A stretch of 64,000 nt of DNA from an uncultured Chloroflexia bacterium (GTDB taxonomy: Bacteria; Chloroflexota; Limnocylindria; Limnocylindrales; CSP1-4): the NCBI GenBank assembly GCA_963833225.1, contig CAWHXD010000008.1, positions 512,001 to 576,000 on the forward strand, given 5' to 3'. The notes below the pieces were generated by a model. The model was given only the letters and a program-made list of their open reading frames with translations. It ran no database searches and was not told the origin of the DNA. Of this stretch, positions 59,140-64,000 are shown piece by piece (the stretch's first letter is position 1; each line of letters opens with the position of its first letter). The position numbers were made by a program, and so were the translations under genes.

Positions 59140-60567
59140 CCGACGGCTTCGCGATCCCAGAACCCTGCAGCCCCGTCGACAGCCCCGTGATACCCGCGTC
59201 GGCCGCCATCCGGATTGCGAACACGGGCCCAGCCTGCTCCACGATCGCCCGTGCCAGCCAGCCGACCTGCGGCACGACCACGGCGTTGCCGAACTGTCTA
59301 TACGCTTGGCGAGAGCTGTGGGGAACGACGAAAGCCCGCTTCAGGTGCGGCGGTACGAAACCCATCAAGCGAGCACACTCTGCTGGGGCTAGGCGGCGGC
59401 AGGGAGCTTTGCCCTCTTCCTGCATCTCCTCGGGCAACCGGATGAGGATCTCGGCACCGTCCTTGTAGTACCGAGCACTGAGCGTCCTAGTTGGCCTTCC
59501 CATCGGCGCGATCGAGTATCCGAAGCCGTTTGACTGAGCTTCGTGCCATGCCCTGTGCTTCTCCAGCGCCGCCCAGACTCCCGGCGTCAGTCGGTGGGTT
59601 TCCAACACATCTCGGTCGTGCTCAGGAACTCTTCGGACAGGCCGACCACGCGAGACGGTGACTCGGGGAACTCGAATGGCCGATCGAAGAGGTCGCGCCT
59701 CAAGGCGACAATGAATACTCGTCGCCGATCCTGAGGGACCCAATGCTTGCCGCTGATAACACGATGCTGCACCCAGTACCCGCTCCGGATGAGTCGACGC
59801 CTGATCACCCGGAAGGTCCGGCCTTTATCGTGCGACTCCAGGTTCCGAACGTTCTCGAGAAGAAGTACGGGCGGCATGACGTCAAGGCGCGCTGTCCTCC
59901 CCAGGAGTCGTTCCCCTTCCCTCGCTAGGGCGACCTCGTATGCGTCGGACTCCGTGGCTTCGCGCTCGAGCTCCTTTTGCTCGAGGTTCCACGGGCCGCC
60001 GATGAGGCGGACGATCTCGAAGAAGAGGTTGCCTGAGACTGGGTCGTGGAACCCATGAGACCTCTTGACGAGCTCCTCGTCCACTGTCTGGTTGGCCGCC
60101 CTCAGACTCTTCCGCTTCAGATCCTCCTTCTTCACAACGCCAGCGAGACTGAACGGCTGACAGGGGAACCCCGCCGCAAACAGGTCGTACGCACCGAAAT
60201 CCTCGGTTTCGACGTCCTGCACTCTCAGAGGCTCCACAGCGTTCCAGTTCGCGCTGTACGTGCGGCAGGCAGGCACGTCCTTCTCGACCGTGAACACGCA
60301 GCGGCCATCGGCCATCTCCAGACCAGCACGCATTCCCCCGATCCCGGCGAATACGTCGACGAAACGGAACCTTGGCTGCAGAGATGGTGTGCTCAGGTCG
60401 ACCGTGCGTGCCGGATCGGCGGGCTTGAGGGCTCGGGCCACCACGGCGTCCACATTCACCTGCCCAGGATACTGCGTGGAGGTGACTGACGGGCTCCTGC
60501 GCGTCGCCCGGACGGCGACGATGCGTCCCGGAGCGACTGAGCCACGAATCTGCCCACTACGACCCAT
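59123..60567 (-). CDS. dcm: C5 DNA cytosine methyltransferase, Dcm/EcoRII-like (frameshift near 59622; start uncertain)
   Basis: FAGIGG, GFPCQPFS, LENV and PQDRRRV, then TRTLSARYYKDGAEILI, ECARLMGF and QFGNAV in the adjacent frame. Confidence 0.88.
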
Positions 60568-62614
60568 CGTCCTTCGGTAACTTGAAACCGAGGCGAACTG
60601 CTTCTGTGAGGATCCTCTCGGCCTGGATGGCTTGTTTGAGAGATGGGCGCTTGCCCGCGCCCGCCTGCTTCCCGAGACTGAATGCAATCCCGCGTTGCCA
60701 CCCTTGCAGGTTGTTGGTTTCCTTCGCCCAGTGGGAGAGAGCGAGCCATGTCTGGGCGGGGATCGCCACCACTCGGTCGATGAGTTCCGTCTCCTTCGGA
60801 TCTGTGTAGTCGCCTAACACGCGCGGTTGGCTGCCCACGCGACCAGCGGGCAGGAGGAGGCTGGCCGGAAGTGATCCAACCGCCGAGACAGTCAGATCCA
60901 ACACGGCTTCCCAGCACTCTCTCTTCTTGGACCACTCCGTTACGTTCCCACCGCGCGGAGGGTTCGTGATGACGGGATGAACCGCCGACGCAATCGAGGA
61001 AGTGGCGGTCTCCAGCTCCGGCGCGAGCCGTTGCAGCTTCCAGATCTGCCCAAGATCCAAGCGCTGGGCTGTGGCGTTGCTCAGGTAGGCGACCGTATAG
61101 GCGACGATGTTCGCTCGGTATCCGCCGAATCGCAGTGCAGACACCAGCCGCTCCGTCTGCCGGAAGAGGATCGCCTTTGCGATGAGGCGCTGGAAGTACT
61201 CCTCGGTAACATCCACCTTGCCGCGATCGGCCAGCCGGACCGTGAAGTCGCGGAAGTTCTTCTCAGCGCCAAGGCTGACAACATGCGGTAGCGAGGCCCA
61301 GGCGTTCTCAAACTTCGCGACATCGGTCTTCGAGAACTTCTGCGCGGCGGGATGTATCGCCTTGAATGCACGTTGACGCCCAGGCGTGCCTTCTCTGGCC
61401 ATGGCGTCCGCGTATTGGCCCCGAGCACGCTCGTAGAACCATCGGGTCTGGCGCTGCGTTCCGTCAGCGGCAGGAGCCCAAACGGTGCGTGACAACTTCT
61501 CCAACTGAACGTGGAACGGGTCGTTCGCCGAGAAGTCGGCCTCGTTGACACGGTTCTGGCTGTTCGCGAACCTGGTGATGTTCGGGACGAAGTCGTCGAT
61601 TTGAGCCGGATCGACAACCGTGACCTTCGCGGCGACCGCCAACCGTGACAGATCGGCGCCATCCTTCCGCTTTGCGGCGTGGATGGATGCTGTCGTCTGC
61701 CCGCCGTTGACAATCTGTAGATCATCGAGGGCGCCGATGCCGCGGCTCCCGTCCGCCATCTGGTCGAGACGGAGTCGTGCCGCGGTAACCGAGACGCCGT
61801 TGTTGTAGGCGAGGAAGTGCGCTGGTTCCTCGAGAATCGTGGTCCGGATTCCCTGATTCACCTTTCCTCGAGCCTGGAGGAACGACCTCACGTTCCTCTC
61901 CAACAGGCGCGGGCCGTATTCGTCGTAGATATCGGCGAGCACCTCCCCGGGGATCACAGCCAAGTAGGCCGTGTACTCGCCATCGCCCTCCCCAGCCGTG
62001 ACGCATGGCAGTGACCGGCCATACCTTGCGGAGAAATCGATTGAGATCGGCTCGCGGGCGGTGCCTGATGTCACGGCGCGATGAACACGCCTGAGATCCC
62101 AGACGTGGTACGAGATCTCGAGGTCGTCCTCGAGATCTCCCTTGAGGACATCCAAGGTCGTCAGGCCGTCCGTCACGAAGAAGAGGCGGAGTGAGCGGAT
62201 TCCACCTCCCAGGGCGTGTATGGACTGCGCCATGTCGAAGGCCGGCGAGGCTTCTTCAAGGGTACGGAACAGCCCTTCGCGCGACCGTCGGTAGAACTCG
62301 CGAAGTCGATTGAATGCGGTGCCAACGTCGCTCCTGGGAACAGTGACGGGCGGCTCGGATCCCGTGTACCTCGTGACGAGCAGGTTGAGCACGGCGAGCT
62401 CCTCGTCGACGCTGTATCCACTCGCCTCGAGTCCGCGCGTCTGGTAGAAGCACGCTTCTGCGTCGTCGATCTCACCGACGTCCGCAAGGACTCCGATCAT
62501 CCACCTGGTGAACTCGTCCGACAGAATGGCGCCATCTTCGGCCGCATCCGCCGCCGCCAGCACCTCCTGATGGACATCGACGGCGAAGGCGTCGATATCC
62601 TCGTCAGTTGTCAC
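60557..62614 (-). CDS. AIPR-family protein
   Basis: RLLERNVRSFLQ, FLAYNNG, QIVNGGQTTAS, NSQN and WFYERARGQY motifs. Confidence 0.92.
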   Translation of the reverse strand: MTTDEDIDAFAVDVHQEVLAAADAAEDGAILSDEFTRWMIGVLADVGEIDDAEACFYQTRGLEASGYSVDEELAVLNLLVTRYTGSEPPVTVPRSDVGTAFNRLREFYRRSREGLFRTLEEASPAFDMAQSIHALGGGIRSLRLFFVTDGLTTLDVLKGDLEDDLEISYHVWDLRRVHRAVTSGTAREPISIDFSARYGRSLPCVTAGEGDGEYTAYLAVIPGEVLADIYDEYGPRLLERNVRSFLQARGKVNQGIRTTILEEPAHFLAYNNGVSVTAARLRLDQMADGSRGIGALDDLQIVNGGQTTASIHAAKRKDGADLSRLAVAAKVTVVDPAQIDDFVPNITRFANSQNRVNEADFSANDPFHVQLEKLSRTVWAPAADGTQRQTRWFYERARGQYADAMAREGTPGRQRAFKAIHPAAQKFSKTDVAKFENAWASLPHVVSLGAEKNFRDFTVRLADRGKVDVTEEYFQRLIAKAILFRQTERLVSALRFGGYRANIVAYTVAYLSNATAQRLDLGQIWKLQRLAPELETATSSIASAVHPVITNPPRGGNVTEWSKKRECWEAVLDLTVSAVGSLPASLLLPAGRVGSQPRVLGDYTDPKETELIDRVVAIPAQTWLALSHWAKETNNLQGWQRGIAFSLGKQAGAGKRPSLKQAIQAERILTEAVRLGFKLPKDDGS

Positions 62615-63615
62615 GCGGATGCTCCGCGCACGCGCGCCGCGAACTCGGCGAAGTCGACGGCGAATGGCCTGATCGCATCGATGGTGATCCCGTACGTGAC
62701 ATCACCAACGCCATCCGGGAGATCCGCCTCTGTAAGCCGCGGAAACCCGTCCCCAACAATCGCGCAGAGCGCCCATCGGACAGCGTACGAGGTGTCCGAG
62801 TACAGGTGCGCGTGCTCATCGAGGTACCCAGCATCTATCAGCAGGTCCTCAAACTGCGCCCTCGCCTCCGTGTGTTCCGCGAGATCGGCTCGCAGCGCAT
62901 TGACCATATCGACGAGAGACGGGTCGCCCCCGGATCGAGGTTCGAGGGCAACCACAACCAGCCCGAGGACATCAATCCCGGTGGACTGAAGCTGCCGCTC
63001 ATTGGCGATACGGACTGACGCTGGGGCGGTCTGACGAGTTGTCTTCACCTCTGCGGCCCATCTACCGAGTTGGAAGTCCTGTACGCCCGGCTCCGGACCG
63101 CGCCACGACTTGACCCCATCAAGCGCTCCGACCGCCGTGATCACCTGTTCGCGGAGATACCAGAGTTCGCCGAATAGGCCCGACTGAGCCTCCGGAGACA
63201 GACCATCCGGTGATGAGCGCTCCAAGAACCGTTGCCAATGAGTTAGTCGAGCGGCAGCCGCTGACACCACGCTAGGTGGTTCCGTCATCCCGCCCAGCGC
63301 CTCCAAAACGTCATCCGCCAGGTGAGCGAAGATCTCGTTGTGTTCGCGGGATCGCGTGGCAATGGAAACGGTGGGTCCCCGTGACCCAACGGCGAACGGT
63401 GCCTCCGAAATCTCGAGGCCCCGGAGGCGTAGGTCGACCAGTGGTCTCACCTCCACATCGGACGCGAAGGCAAACGTCAGCATGCGGCACCCCGAAGGCT
63501 CGGCGACGGCGATGTAGACCTCGGCCGCACAGTCGACCGGTAGCAAGGATCGAAGATGGCCAGGATCACGAGGTGCGGCCCTCTCGAGCTCGGCCCAGCG
63601 TTCCTGCAGCGTCAT
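62611..63615 (-). CDS. PD-(D/E)XK motif protein (DUF4420)
   Basis: GLFGEL, W.GP...QDF, EVKTT and I.NERQL motifs. Confidence 0.88.
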   Translation of the reverse strand: MTLQERWAELERAAPRDPGHLRSLLPVDCAAEVYIAVAEPSGCRMLTFAFASDVEVRPLVDLRLRGLEISEAPFAVGSRGPTVSIATRSREHNEIFAHLADDVLEALGGMTEPPSVVSAAAARLTHWQRFLERSSPDGLSPEAQSGLFGELWYLREQVITAVGALDGVKSWRGPEPGVQDFQLGRWAAEVKTTRQTAPASVRIANERQLQSTGIDVLGLVVVALEPRSGGDPSLVDMVNALRADLAEHTEARAQFEDLLIDAGYLDEHAHLYSDTSYAVRWALCAIVGDGFPRLTEADLPDGVGDVTYGITIDAIRPFAVDFAEFAARVRGASA

Positions 63616-63998
63616 AGCTGGTTCTCCCAGCCGTACTCGGATGCCCAGTAGACTTGATTCGCCGCGTACTCGATCTCCTTGTCAGAGCTGGCCTTCGGGA
63701 AGCTAATGGCGAACCCGAGTACTGGTCCGATGCGGTCCTCGCCGGACTTCACGGCGAGCGGATAGAGGAGCAACAGGGCTCGCTCCCGGGCTCGCTGCTC
63801 CCGGACAGCCCACCCAATCGGCACGGTTGGCTCGCGTGTACCTTTTCCAGCCGCGCGCCAGCTCTCGATCGTCCGCTCAACGGCCCTAGCTCGCTCCTCC
63901 TCGGAGAGATCAAGGGTCTCGTCGCCCGGGCTCACGACCCGTCGGATCGTCAGATTGGCCGCGTCAACGGCAATCCCTTCGCGTTCGACAAGTCCGAC
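63612..63998 (-). CDS. C-terminus of Z1-domain protein (5' end outside window)
   Basis: SP.DE..DL, R....LLLLYPL, GFAISFP and Y..N.VY tail. Lies directly upstream of DUF4420-AIPR. Frame is open to the window end. Confidence 0.72.
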   Translation of the reverse strand, partial: VGLVEREGIAVDAANLTIRRVVSPGDETLDLSEEERARAVERTIESWRAAGKGTREPTVPIGWAVREQRARERALLLLYPLAVKSGEDRIGPVLGFAISFPKASSDKEIEYAANQVYWASEYGWENQL

Positions 63999-64000
63999 AC

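Overview
High-GC bacterial window. Gene style and content suggest Chloroflexota, possibly Limnocylindria-like, but that is inference. In order: (1) glgE and a treS-maltokinase fusion, then galM. (2) A ~10 kb minus-strand redox/sulfur cluster: ArsR, two DsrE-like proteins, TusA, an atypical MvhD, HdrA fused to an NADPH-oxidoreductase module, a second HdrA/QmoB-like protein, a small wHTH protein, a QmoC-like membrane protein, two hemerythrins, a Virulence_fact protein, ferritin and an internally deleted VIT1. (3) Housekeeping genes, including cysE-cysK preceded by a Cys-containing leaderless uORF, a PAS-GGDEF-EAL protein, a queuosine-salvage hydrolase and three ABC exporters separated by REP-like repeat islands. 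(4) UvrD2, then a 1.3 kb XRE-HTH/PD-(D/E)XK-like cassette bounded by perfect 34-bp direct repeats, a candidate novel mobile unit. (5) Four toxin-antitoxin modules plus an antitoxin relic around RecQ. (6) A lower-GC Mza-type defence locus (Z1, DUF4420, AIPR, Dcm-like MTase, Vsr) cut by the window end. About nine single-base frameshifts in otherwise intact genes are most likely sequencing errors. Many genes appear leaderless, with a -10 box 6-7 nt before the start codon. No rRNA, tRNA or bona fide CRISPR array was recognised.
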